Source: an uncultured Acidobacteriota bacterium (GTDB lineage Bacteria > Acidobacteriota > Vicinamibacteria > Vicinamibacterales > SCN-69-37). Taken from it: 64,000 bases of DNA. The stretch is taken from assembly GCA_963751445.1 (NCBI GenBank), contig CAVVUL010000011.1, positions 289,023 through 353,022 of the forward strand, in the 5' to 3' direction. The translations under genes and the position numbers were made by a program. Numbering within the stretch: the first letter of the stretch is position 1; each line of letters begins with the position of its first letter. Below are positions 55,397 to 64,000 of the stretch, piece after piece. The notes below the pieces were generated by a model. That model had not been told where the DNA came from. It searched no databases and was given only the letters and a program-made list of their open reading frames with translations.

Positions 55397-58366
55397 CGGC
55401 GGCCGTGACCGCCGCGTCCACCGAGGGCAACGGCTTGGCGTCCGCTTCCTGGAGCGCATCCAGCAAATCCGGCAGGGGCGCGTAGGCCGCCTCGAGGTCG
55501 GCCGCCACTTGCCGGAGGGCGCGTGGCGGTTTCGCCCGACGCGCGGCCCAGCCGTTCGGCGACGTCGGCGCGGGCCCGCGCCAGGCGCGACAGCGTCAGC
55601 GTGACCGATCGCGAGAGCGCGAACTGCGCGGTCAGGTCCAACACCGGCGTCTTCACGCGCGGGTCCATCCGCACGTTGACCACGCGCCGGTACGACTGTC
55701 CGTCCACGGTCAACCGGACTTGATAGTTGCCCGGCAGGACGAAGATGCCTTCGCGGCGTCTTCGGCGTGTTCCGCGCGACCGCCGCGATCGGATAGGTGA
55801 ACTGCTCGACGTCGGGCGGACGCGTAACGCACGTTCCACACGAAGCGATGGAGCCCGGCTGTCTTCTGCAGCCGCGGCGTCGGCCGGATCCAGTAGTCGG
55901 GAATGTTGCGGCCGGCCACCGGCTCGTCGGGCGGATCGTCGCTCGAGTAGCGGCGAACGGTGTCGCCCGTCGCGTTGTCGATGATCTCGAGCAGCACGGG
56001 CGACGTCGCGTCCGCCTCAGCAGGTAGCTGATCACCACGCCGTCGGGCGGATTGGGCGCGGCCGGCTCGTCGGGCGGCAACGGCGTGTCGGTGTTCTTGT
56101 TCCACCGGAATCGCCACGCGACCGGCGGCGCGAACAGGAACGCCGGGGCGCGCGACGATGTCGGCCGTGATCTGGCGGAGCGGCATGATGTCATCCAGGA
56201 TCCAGAACCCGCGGCCGTGCGTGCCCGCGACAGGTCCGAGTCCTTGATGCCAGATCGCGGATCGACGTGGCCGGCATGTTCAGCCGCAGCGCCTGCCAGT
56301 GGTCGCCGTCGTCGAACGACACGAACACGGACTGTTCGCTGCCCGCGAACAGCAGGCCGCGGCGCTGCGGGTCCTCGCGCACGACGTTGATCACGCCGCC
56401 GTCGGGCAGGCCGCGCACGATGTCGGTCCACGTCTTGCCGCCGTCGCGCGTGCGTAGGACGTGCGGCCGCAGGTCGTCCAGCCGCAGCGTATTGATGGCC
56501 GCGTACGCCGTGTTGGGATCGAAGTGCGAGGCCTCGAGGATCGAGACCTTGGCCCATGGCGCGAGCGCCGGCGGCGTGACGTCCGTCCAGTTCGTGCCGC
56601 CGTTGCGCGTCACGTGAATGAGCCCGTCGTCGGTGCCGGCCCAGATCAGGTTCGGGTCGACCGGCGACGGCGCGATGGCGTAGATCGACGCCGCGCTGGA
56701 CCGGCCGCGCGGTCGGTGCCGTCCGGTACACGCCGACGGTCGCCGGCGGCTCCCACGTTTCCCGCGACAGGTCGGGACTGATCAGCGTCCAGGTCGACCC
56801 GCCGTTGGCGGTCTTCCACAGCAGGTTGGTCGCGAAGAACAGCGTGCGCGGATCGACCGGCGAAAACTGCACCGGCGCGGTGCGGAGGACGCGCGTAGTG
56901 CGCGTCGCGCGGCGGTCGCCACCTGCTGCGCCTGGCCGGTGCGACGGTCGAAGCGCGAGAGCTTGCCGCCGTACACGACGTCCGGGATCCTGCGGATCCG
57001 GCGCGACGTAGCCGTATTCCTCGGCGCCGACCGGAAGCCACTCGCGGAACGTGATCTGCCCATGATCGCCGCGGCTCGCCACGCAGGCCGACCCGCTCTC
57101 CTGCTGCCCGCCGCAGACGCGGTAGGGAAACGCGTTGTCGGCGGTCACGTGGTAGAACTGCGCCGTCGGCTGGTTGTACCAGGAGCCCCAGGTCTCGCCG
57201 CCGTTGACCGACACGATCGCGCCCTGGTCGGACGTCAGGATCATCACGTCGGGCGACGCGGGATTGATCCAGATCTTCTGGTAGTCGTCGCCGCCGGGCG
57301 CGCCGCGGAAGCCGGTGAACGTGCGGCCCCCGTCGGTGGATTTCCACGTCACGATCGACGGCACAAAGACGATGTCCGGGTTGGTCGGGATGCACGCGGA
57401 TGTCGGCGGCGTCGGCCGGACGCCCGGCCACGCGCGCGTCCTCGTTCACCCGCGTCCAGGTCTCGCCGGCATCATCCGATCGGTAGATGCCGCCGAGCGC
57501 GCGCGCGTCCACCGACGGCAAACAGCCGGCGCCGATCGCTGGGCGCGACGGTGATGCCGATGCGGCCTAGGCCGTCGGCGAATGTCGGCAGCCCCCGCGT
57601 GAGCGGCCGCCAGGTCGCGCCGCCGTCGGTGGACTTGAACAGCCCGCTGCCGGGCCCGGTCCAGACGCCGTTCTCCCACGGGCCCCTGCCGCGACTCCAG
57701 CAGCGCGGCGTACACCACGTTCGCGATCCACGGATCGAACGCGAGGTCGATGCCGCCCGTGTTCTCGTCGCGGTACAGCACCTTCTCGAACGTGCGGCCG
57801 CCGTCGGTCGACCGGAAGATGCCGCGCTCGGCATTCGGGCCGTACGGATGCCCCAGCACCGCGACGAACAGGCGATTCGGATTCTTCGGGTCGACGAGAA
57901 TCTGCGGAATCTGCTGGCCATCGCGCAGGCCGAGGTGCGTCCACGTCTTGCCGGCGTCGGTCGACTTGTAGATGCCGTCGCCGGTGGAGAGATCGGGCCG
58001 CTGCATCCCTTCCCCGCTGCCGACGTAGATGACGTTGGGATTCGACGGCGCGATCGCGATGGCGCCGATGGACCCGGTCGGCTGGTCGTCGAAGATCGGC
58101 GTCCACGTCCGGCCGTAGTCGTTCGTCTTCCACACGCCGCCGTTCACGGCGCCGACATAGAACACGTTCGGCTGGGCCGGGATGCCGTCCACGGCTTTCG
58201 TGCGGCCGCCGCGAAACGGCCCAATCGGACGCCAGCGGAATTCCGAAAACAGCGCCGGATCGAAGGTGACGGCCTGCTGGGGCGCGTCGTGGCGGCCGGC
58301 CGCGTGGACCGCGACCCACCCGCCAACCAATAGAGCGGCAACAAAGACGAATCGACGGACTGGCAT
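55356..58366 (-). pseudogene. BNR/Asp-box beta-propeller protein (sortilin-like), paralogue C; many frameshifts
   Basis: ORF 57446..58366: signal MPVRRFVFVAALLVGGWVAVHA, ..GGVWKTNDYGRTWTPIF..YKSTDAGKTWTHLG..FRSTDGGRTFEKV..FKSTDGGATW... It continues through ORFs 56646..57521, 54965..57364, 56191..56613, 55710..56186 and 55045..55839. My own translation of the end gives ..LRQVAADLEAAYAPLPDLLDALQEADAKPLPSVDAAVTAAVKRAEAALARAGS, stop at 55356-58. Confidence 0.7.
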
Positions 58367-58402
58367 GCGCTCAGAGTGTACGCCGAGCCGACGTTCCCGG
58401 TC

Positions 58403-61183
58403 TCACTTCACCGCAAGCAGGTGGACCTGCTGATCGGCGGTGAGCACAAACAGGCGCGTCCCGTCAGGACTGAACGCCTTCAGCACGACATCGTGCGCGA
58501 ACACCAGGTCGGTCCTACGGCGCAGCGTCGTGAGGTCGTAGAGGACGACTCGCCCGCCCCCGGATTCAACGGCGAGCAGGCCCGTGGCGGCGCTGACCAG
58601 CGGCCACGATCCGAACGCGTAGCCCTGGAGTTCGCCGCTGGCCAGCGAGTAGACCAACACCCGATCCAGCGAATCGGTCACGAGCACCAGATCGCCGCTC
58701 GTCATGACGCGGCGGATATGGAAGGAGCCCTTGCCGGTCTCGAGCAGCATGCGGCCCCTCACCGCGCCCGATTGCGCATCGAGCACCTCGAGCAGGTGAT
58801 CGCCGGCGAGGTCGCCCATCTTCACCCGGCTGCGGAGGTCCGGGTTCAGCCGGAGGTACTTCGCGACCCGCAGCCGAATCGGCTGCCCACGACAGCACGA
58901 GCGCATCGCTGTCGACGCCGGGCCAGAAGTCGTCCGGCGGGTTCTTGGCGTAGCCCTTCTTCCACAGCGCCGTCGCCGTACGCACGTCGCGCACCTCGAA
59001 CTCGAGACCCGTGGGCCGCATCGTGTTGGGGGGCAGCAATCGGACGACCATCAGCCGCCGGCCATACTGCGAGGCGTAGGGCTCGGTGATTTGACCGGCA
59101 CCGCCCACCACGCGGCTTGGCCCATCCAGGCGCATGATCGCGCGCGGATCCGCTCCGGCCTTCGGCAAGTCCGCGAACAACGTGCCGGCGTCATCGATGA
59201 ACGCCCCGTCAAAATCGCGCACCATCGCTACGCGTTCGCCGCTGCCCGTGTCCCACATCACGCCGCGTGTGCGCGCCGACAACGCTACCCACTTGAAATC
59301 CGCGGACACGGCGGCTGTCCGTACGCGGGCCAGGCTCGTGAACGGCAGGCTGACGCTCGCGCGCACCTGGTTGCCGTCCATCGCATACAACCCGAGGTCC
59401 CCGGTTCCGCGTTCCGCGGCGAACGCGTCGCCGTAGACGTCGATCGCCTCGGACGCATTGCCCTTCACGACGAGCTTCCTGCTCAGATCGAACACGCCGA
59501 CGGCGTACTTCTGGAACGGCCGGATGAACACGACGTCGCCCTTCGTCGCCCCTTCCAGGCCGCCCGGCGTCAACGTGAACGTCTCGCCGACCTCGCCCGC
59601 GGGGAATCGCACCACGCCGGACTTGCCCGGGTCGGCGACGTTGAAGCCGACGAGCCGGTCGGGACCGATGAAGGCAAACGCCGAGGTCACCATGTTGCGC
59701 GCGCTGCCCTTGAGGGTGATGACCCCGCGGTTGGTCAGGTCGTAGGCGATGGCGCTGTTGCTCGCGTACCCCTGCGAGCCGGCCACGAAGAACCGTCCGT
59801 CGGGCGAGAACCCCATGGTGACCGCGGCATTCGTTCGCGGCATGAGGACGCCGCCGAGCAAGGCGGCCAGTTCCGCCGTGGGGTTGAAGGACTCGAAGCC
59901 CTTCTTCTGGAACACGGCCTGTCCGGTGGCCACATCGATGAGCGACAGCTCGTCGTTCGCATCCAGGCACGCGATGGTGCGGCCGTCCGGCGCCAGCGCG
60001 GTGAACCGGCAGACCGTCTGCCAGTACAAATCCCGGACTTCCGTGAGCTTGCGCGTGGCCACGTTCCACCGCTCGACCCGCAAGTCGCTGGTATGAAAGA
60101 CCACGTCCGCCGAGTCGGTGGTGAACTGCGCCCCCTGGGCGTCGGGCGCGTCGATGCGGAAGAGCACGGCGAGCGGCTCGCGCGACAGCACCGAGATGCC
60201 CGCGTCGTCCTGCGCAATCAGGAACCGGCCGTCGGGGCTGAACCGGAGGCGGGTGACTTCTTCACGAAGCGGGGCGAGGTCCTTCTGGCTCGCCAGGCCA
60301 GGCAGGGATTCCTTGCGCGCGGCGACGGAGGACGCCACGACGGCGGCCTGCCACTCGCGGTACGCCTGATCGCGGGCCGGTGTGGTGGCCTCGGCGCAGC
60401 CGGCCGGCAGCGTGCCCACGGCCTTGACCATTTCGCCGAGCCGCTTGGCGTCGGGGCTGGTCGTGCCGAACATCCGCGACACGACGCTGCCGGTCTTGCC
60501 GCCGGTCGCGAACAGGCGGTCGAACAACGTGACGAAGGCCTTGGGGTCGTAGCCGGACGCGGCGACGATGAACAGGCCGATCCGGTCCGCTTCGACCTGG
60601 TCGCGCCGTTCCCGGTCGGCGCCGCCGAAGACGCCGGGCTTTCGCGCGGCATTGTCCATGAGGCGGTTGTATTTGGCGAAGATGTCGTTGCGATCGCCAA
60701 CCTCCGTGACGCCGACCACATCCTTCAACTGGCGGGTCATGTCGATGGTGTGCTGACGGGCGACCAGATGGCCCAGCTCGTGCCCCATCACGCCGGCCAG
60801 CTCGTCCTCGGAGCGCGTGGACGCGATGAGTTTGCGCGACACGTAGACGCGCCCGCCCGCCAACGCGAACGCGTTCGCATCAGGAATATCAATCAGGCGG
60901 AACTGAAAGTGGAGGTCGGAGGGCGGCAAATGCGAGACGAGTCGGACGCCGACGTCCGCGAGGTGCGGCGTCACCGTGTCGTCATCGATGACCCGGAGCC
61001 AGGATTCATACCGCTCGGCGATGGCATCACCGAGGTCATTTTCCTGAGCGATGGAGAAGATATTCGGCTCGGTGCCTGCGCCGGGGCCGCGGCCCGGCAC
61101 GGGGCCTGGGCGGCAGGAATTCCGTGCGATGCGACGACGGCGAGGACGATCGCGAAGCACCATGCGAGCAGAATCCGCCTCAT
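58403..61183 (-). pseudogene. Secreted M48-family zinc metalloprotease fused to a large beta-propeller (WD40/PD40-like) region, two frameshifts (~61090, ~58900)
   Basis: Signal MRRILLAWCFAIVLAVVASHG (ORF 60971..61183). ORF 58566..61163 holds ..NAFALAGGRVYVSRKLI..ELAGVMGHELGHLVARQH (HExxH) and then ~600 aa of repeated ..SPDGRF.. blades. The C-terminus lies in ORF 58403..58906 (..FSPDGTRLFVLTADQQVHLLAVK). Confidence 0.75.
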
Positions 61184-61213
61184 GACAACTGAGGATCTTA
61201 CGGCGGTCGAACG

Positions 61214-61242
61214 CGCCCGCGGCGCAAAATCCGCCGCGGGCG
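61214..61242. terminator. 11-bp perfect GC hairpin downstream of the B2-like gene (terminator-like, no clear T-tract)
   Basis: CGCCCGCGGCG-CAAAATC-CGCCGCGGGCG, 35 nt after the stop at 61277. Confidence 0.4.
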
Positions 61243-61276
61243 ATTTACCGCATGTTCGCGTCCCCCGCGAACGCGG

Positions 61277-61705
61277 TCACCGGTCCTCCCACGAGAGGAT
61301 TTCGGCAAATCGGGCGATGTTCTCCGGGCGATCGAGCAGCGTCTGTCCTGAGCACTCGATCCAGGCGTGCGCGGCGAAGCGTCCTTCGGGCTTCGCCACG
61401 CCGATGCGGATCGACGAGCGGCGACCCGAGCACGCCAGCAGGAACTGCAGCGCCAGCGACTGGGTCAGGCACGTCGCGAACGGCACCGCACGACACGCGG
61501 TCCGCACGGCCCACGCCAGCCGCTCCGGCGTCAGACGATTCATGTTCGCCGGGAACGCGGCCGGGAGCCACGTGGCGCGCAACCAGCGCCGCACCGTCGC
61601 GCAATCCACGACCCACAGCGCCACGCGAATGCCGGCCACGAGCAGCACAAGGCGCGGCAGCAGCGCCCGTTCCTCGGGAGCGAGGCGCCTGAACCGGCGC
61701 ACCAT
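61277..61705 (-). CDS. Lasso-peptide biosynthesis B2-like protein (transglutaminase-core-3 / McjB C-terminal cysteine-protease fold), orphan
   Basis: ORF 61277..61777, probable start MVRRFRRLAPEERALL. The hallmark is CLTQSLALQFLLACSGRRSSIRIGVAKPEGRFAAHAWIECSGQTLLD: catalytic Cys, then the F-x-AHAW-(I/V)-E-x-x-G motif. Confidence 0.75.
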   Translation of the reverse strand: MVRRFRRLAPEERALLPRLVLLVAGIRVALWVVDCATVRRWLRATWLPAAFPANMNRLTPERLAWAVRTACRAVPFATCLTQSLALQFLLACSGRRSSIRIGVAKPEGRFAAHAWIECSGQTLLDRPENIARFAEILSWEDR

Positions 61706-61712
61706 CGACGAA

Positions 61713-62114
61713 TCAGAGGGCGGCACGGTCCGGCCCAGCCTCGGCGACCGGTCGCACCGCAGGAAGCCGGGCGACATGCGCGGTCACGCCGGCGGCGATC
61801 ACGAGCAGCAGCACACGCAGCCACCAGGCATGCGCCGTCCAGATCATCGTCGAACCGATGCTGGCCCACAGCAGGACGAGCGTGATGACCTTCGCGCGCC
61901 GAGGCATGCCCCGATTGCTGCGGACGTACACGCCGAGGACGCGGTGGTTGACGAGCTTCTGGTAGAACCGATCCGAGCTGCGCGCGTAGCAGGTCGCCGC
62001 CAGCAGCAGGAAGACCGTCGTCGGCATCAGCGGCAGGAAGATGCCAATCAGGCCGAGCGCGACACACAAGGTCCCGCACACGATGAGCAGGGTGCGCATC
62101 AGGGACGAGGGCAT
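61713..62114 (-). CDS. DUF454 (YbaN-family) inner-membrane protein
   Basis: ..LGLIGIFLPLMPTTVFLLLAATCYARSSDRFYQKLVNHRVLG.. is the family signature. Four TM segments. Its stop lies 5 nt from the B2-like start. Confidence 0.75.
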   Translation of the reverse strand: MPSSLMRTLLIVCGTLCVALGLIGIFLPLMPTTVFLLLAATCYARSSDRFYQKLVNHRVLGVYVRSNRGMPRRAKVITLVLLWASIGSTMIWTAHAWWLRVLLLVIAAGVTAHVARLPAVRPVAEAGPDRAAL

Positions 62115-62125
62115 GGGTAATGGTA

Positions 62126-62396
62126 GCGGGTTCCGGGGTTCCGAGGTTCCGAGGTTCCGGGGTTCCGGTTCCAGGGTTCAGGGGTTCGGGTTCGAGGTTC
62201 GGGGTTCGGGGTTCCAGGTTCGGGGTTCGGGGTTCCAGGTTCGGGGTTCCAGGTTCGGGGTTCGGGTTCCAGGTTCGGGTTCGTGATGGCTTGCACCGTG
62301 AACCGTGAACCTCGAACCTGGAACCTCGAACCCGAACCTGGGAACCTCGGAACCGGAACCCCGGAACCTCGGAACCCCGGAACCCCGGAACCTCCG
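62126..62396. repeat. Largest GGTTCCGG/GGTTCGGG array pair (left ~158 nt, right ~99 nt inverted) filling the whole spacer between two minus-strand genes
   Basis: GGGTTCCGGGGTTCCGAGGTTCCGAGGTTCCGGGGTTCCGGTTCCAGGGTTCAGGGGTTCGGG...GTGATGGCTTGCACCGT...GAACCTCGAACCTGGAACCTCGAACCCGAACCTGGGAACCTCGGAACCGGAACCCCGGAACC... Confidence 0.9.
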
Positions 62397-62397
62397 G

Positions 62398-63939
62398 TCA
62401 CCATTCGATTCCCTGCGCGAGCGGCAGCGCATCCGACCAGTTGACCGTGTTCGTCTGCCGGCGCATGTAGGCTTTCCAGGCGTCGGATCCCGATTCGCGG
62501 CCGCCGCCGGTTTCCTTCTCGCCGCCGAACGCGCCGCCGATTTCGGCGCCGGACGTGCCGATGTTGACGTTCGCGATGCCGCAATCCGAGCCGCGCGCCG
62601 ACAGGAACTGCTCCGCTTGCCGCATCGACTCCGTGAAGATGGCGCTCGACAGCCCTTGCGGCACCTCGTTGTGCAGACGGATCGCGTCGTCCAGCGTCTC
62701 GTAGTCGAGCACGTAGAGGATCGGCGCGAAGGTCTCGCGCATCACCACGGCGGACTGCGCGGGCATCCGGATGATGGTCGGTTCCACGAAGCACTCGCCC
62801 AGATCGGGCCGTCGGCGTCCGCCCGTGATGACGGTGCCGCCTTCCGCTTTGGCATCGTCGATCGCGGCGAACATCTCGTCCACCGCCTGCGGCACCACGA
62901 GCGGCCCCATCAGCACACCGGCCTCCAGCGGATTGCCGATACGGACCTGTGCGTAGGCCGCGGCGAGTGTCGACGTGAGCGGATCCACGATCGATCGATG
63001 CACGATGAGCCGGCGGGTGCTGGTGCAGCGCTGGCCGGCGGTGCCGACCGCGCCGAACAGAATGGCGCGAACCGCGAGGTCGAGGCGCGCGTCCGCGGTC
63101 ACGATGATCGCGTTGTTGCCGCCCAGTTCGAGGATCGTCCGGCCGAACCGGCCCGCGACCGTTTCGGCGACACGGCGCCCAATGGCCGTCGAGCCCGTGA
63201 ACGAGACGAGCGGCAGACGCGGGTCCTTCAACATCTGCTCGCCGACGATGCGGCCCGGACCGATGACGAGCGTAAAGATGCCGGACACGCCATGGTCGGC
63301 CATGACGCGGTTCGCGATGTGCTGCACGGCGATGGCGGTCAGCGGCGTCGGCTCGGCGGGTTTCCACACGACCGGATCGCCGCACACCGCGGCAATCGCG
63401 GCGTTCCAGGCCCAGACCGCGACGGGAAAGTTGAACGCCGAGATGACGCCGACCGGTCCGAGCGGATGCCACTGCTCCATCATCCGGTGCCCGGGACGCT
63501 CGGACGCCAGCGTCAGGCCGTAGAGCTGGCGCGACAGGCCGACGGCGAAGTCGCAGATGTCGATCATCTCCTGCACTTCACCGTGGCCTTCCCCGCGAAT
63601 CTTGCCCATCTCGAGCGACACGAGATCGCCCAGCGGTTCCTTCGCCTCACGGAGCGCGTTGCCCAGATCGCGCACGAGATCGCCGCGCTTGGGCGCCGGG
63701 CGGTCGCGCCATGAGGGGAACGCGCGCGCGGCCGCATCAATGACGCGGTCACAGGCCGCCGCGGACGCGAGCGACACCGAAGCAATGGGCGTCCCGGTCG
63801 CCGGATTGATCGACGCCCGCGGCGTGCCGCCGGGCTCATCAATCCACCCGTCCACGCCAAAGGAGGCGCCCGCGTTGCGCGACTTGATCCCCAAGGTGTC
63901 CAACAGCGCCTGTTCGCTCACGGTTCTCTCAATCAACAT
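62398..63939 (-). CDS. ALDH7-type aldehyde dehydrogenase (L-aminoadipate-semialdehyde / piperideine-6-carboxylate dehydrogenase-like)
   Basis: Intact 513 aa: ..VISAFNFPVAVWAWNAAIA..ELGGNNAIIV..GTAGQRCTSTRRL.. and C-terminal GGAFGGEKETGGGRESGSDAWKAYMRRQTNTVNWSDALPLAQGIEW, characteristic of the antiquitin/AmaB family as I remember it. Confidence 0.85.
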   Translation of the reverse strand: MLIERTVSEQALLDTLGIKSRNAGASFGVDGWIDEPGGTPRASINPATGTPIASVSLASAAACDRVIDAAARAFPSWRDRPAPKRGDLVRDLGNALREAKEPLGDLVSLEMGKIRGEGHGEVQEMIDICDFAVGLSRQLYGLTLASERPGHRMMEQWHPLGPVGVISAFNFPVAVWAWNAAIAAVCGDPVVWKPAEPTPLTAIAVQHIANRVMADHGVSGIFTLVIGPGRIVGEQMLKDPRLPLVSFTGSTAIGRRVAETVAGRFGRTILELGGNNAIIVTADARLDLAVRAILFGAVGTAGQRCTSTRRLIVHRSIVDPLTSTLAAAYAQVRIGNPLEAGVLMGPLVVPQAVDEMFAAIDDAKAEGGTVITGGRRRPDLGECFVEPTIIRMPAQSAVVMRETFAPILYVLDYETLDDAIRLHNEVPQGLSSAIFTESMRQAEQFLSARGSDCGIANVNIGTSGAEIGGAFGGEKETGGGRESGSDAWKAYMRRQTNTVNWSDALPLAQGIEW

Positions 63940-64000
63940 CTGGCACCGAACCAGCCGGGGGGACAGTCCCGCCTTCGGCGAGCGGGGACAGTCCCCACCT

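Noticed and set aside
59091-62120. A 1009-aa plus-strand ORF, and similar giants at 487..1746, 9300..11411, 11734..14175, 28881..29888, 31807..33696 and 62305..63714
   Set aside because: All lie antisense to well-supported genes. They are extremely Arg/Ala/Gly/His-rich and carry no recognisable motifs, which is typical of shadow ORFs in very GC-rich DNA.
62041-62432. Small ORFs encoding GSGVPRFRGSG / EPRTWNPEP-type repeats (also 42900..43514 and 46249..46566) as collagen-like or secreted repeat proteins
   Set aside because: They are simply translations of the GGTTCC/GAACC arrays, readable on both strands and in several frames.
58403-64000. A complete lasso-peptide biosynthetic cluster around the B2-like gene
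   Set aside because: There is no asparagine-synthetase-like cyclase, PqqD-like B1, precursor-sized ORF with a plausible leader/core, or ABC exporter adjacent. Only the B2-like gene is present.

Overview
This is a very GC-rich bacterial chromosomal segment (GC judged by eye, not computed). About 45 protein genes are present, most on the minus strand, plus one tRNA-Leu(CAG). I found no rRNA, CRISPR array, transposase, integrase or phage genes.

Gene content looks like a soil polysaccharide degrader:
- Glycoside hydrolases GH35, GH127, GH20 and GH29.
- A sugar ABC importer fused into an operon with a lactonase and an alpha-ketoglutaric-semialdehyde-type dehydrogenase.
- A mutarotase.
- Three roughly 1000-aa sortilin/BNR beta-propeller proteins.
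- A DPP-IV-like peptidase.
- PFOR plus a DHOD-like partner.
- cysK, udk and a VIT-family metal transporter.

The tandem VWFA protein of the acidobacterial type and the BNR paralogues suggest an Acidobacteriota-like organism. That is inference only.

Two things stand out.

1. About 20 genes can only be reconstructed by joining ORF fragments across frameshifts. These frameshifts are very unevenly distributed: long stretches are clean, while 41.8-58.4 kb is riddled with them.
2. The intergenic DNA is unusually structured:
   - A perfect 126-bp x3 tandem array sits directly on the tRNA 3' end.
   - Two copies of an ~85-bp palindrome bracket a two-gene module.
   - A duplicated 29-bp-stem hairpin has a flipped loop.
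   - At least three families of short-period (7-10 nt) degenerate tandem arrays are arranged as inverted arms around gene ends.

The most unusual protein-level observation is an orphan lasso-peptide B2-like (transglutaminase-fold) gene coupled to a DUF454 membrane protein and an M48 protease/beta-propeller fusion. All family names come from motif recognition by eye. No searches were run.
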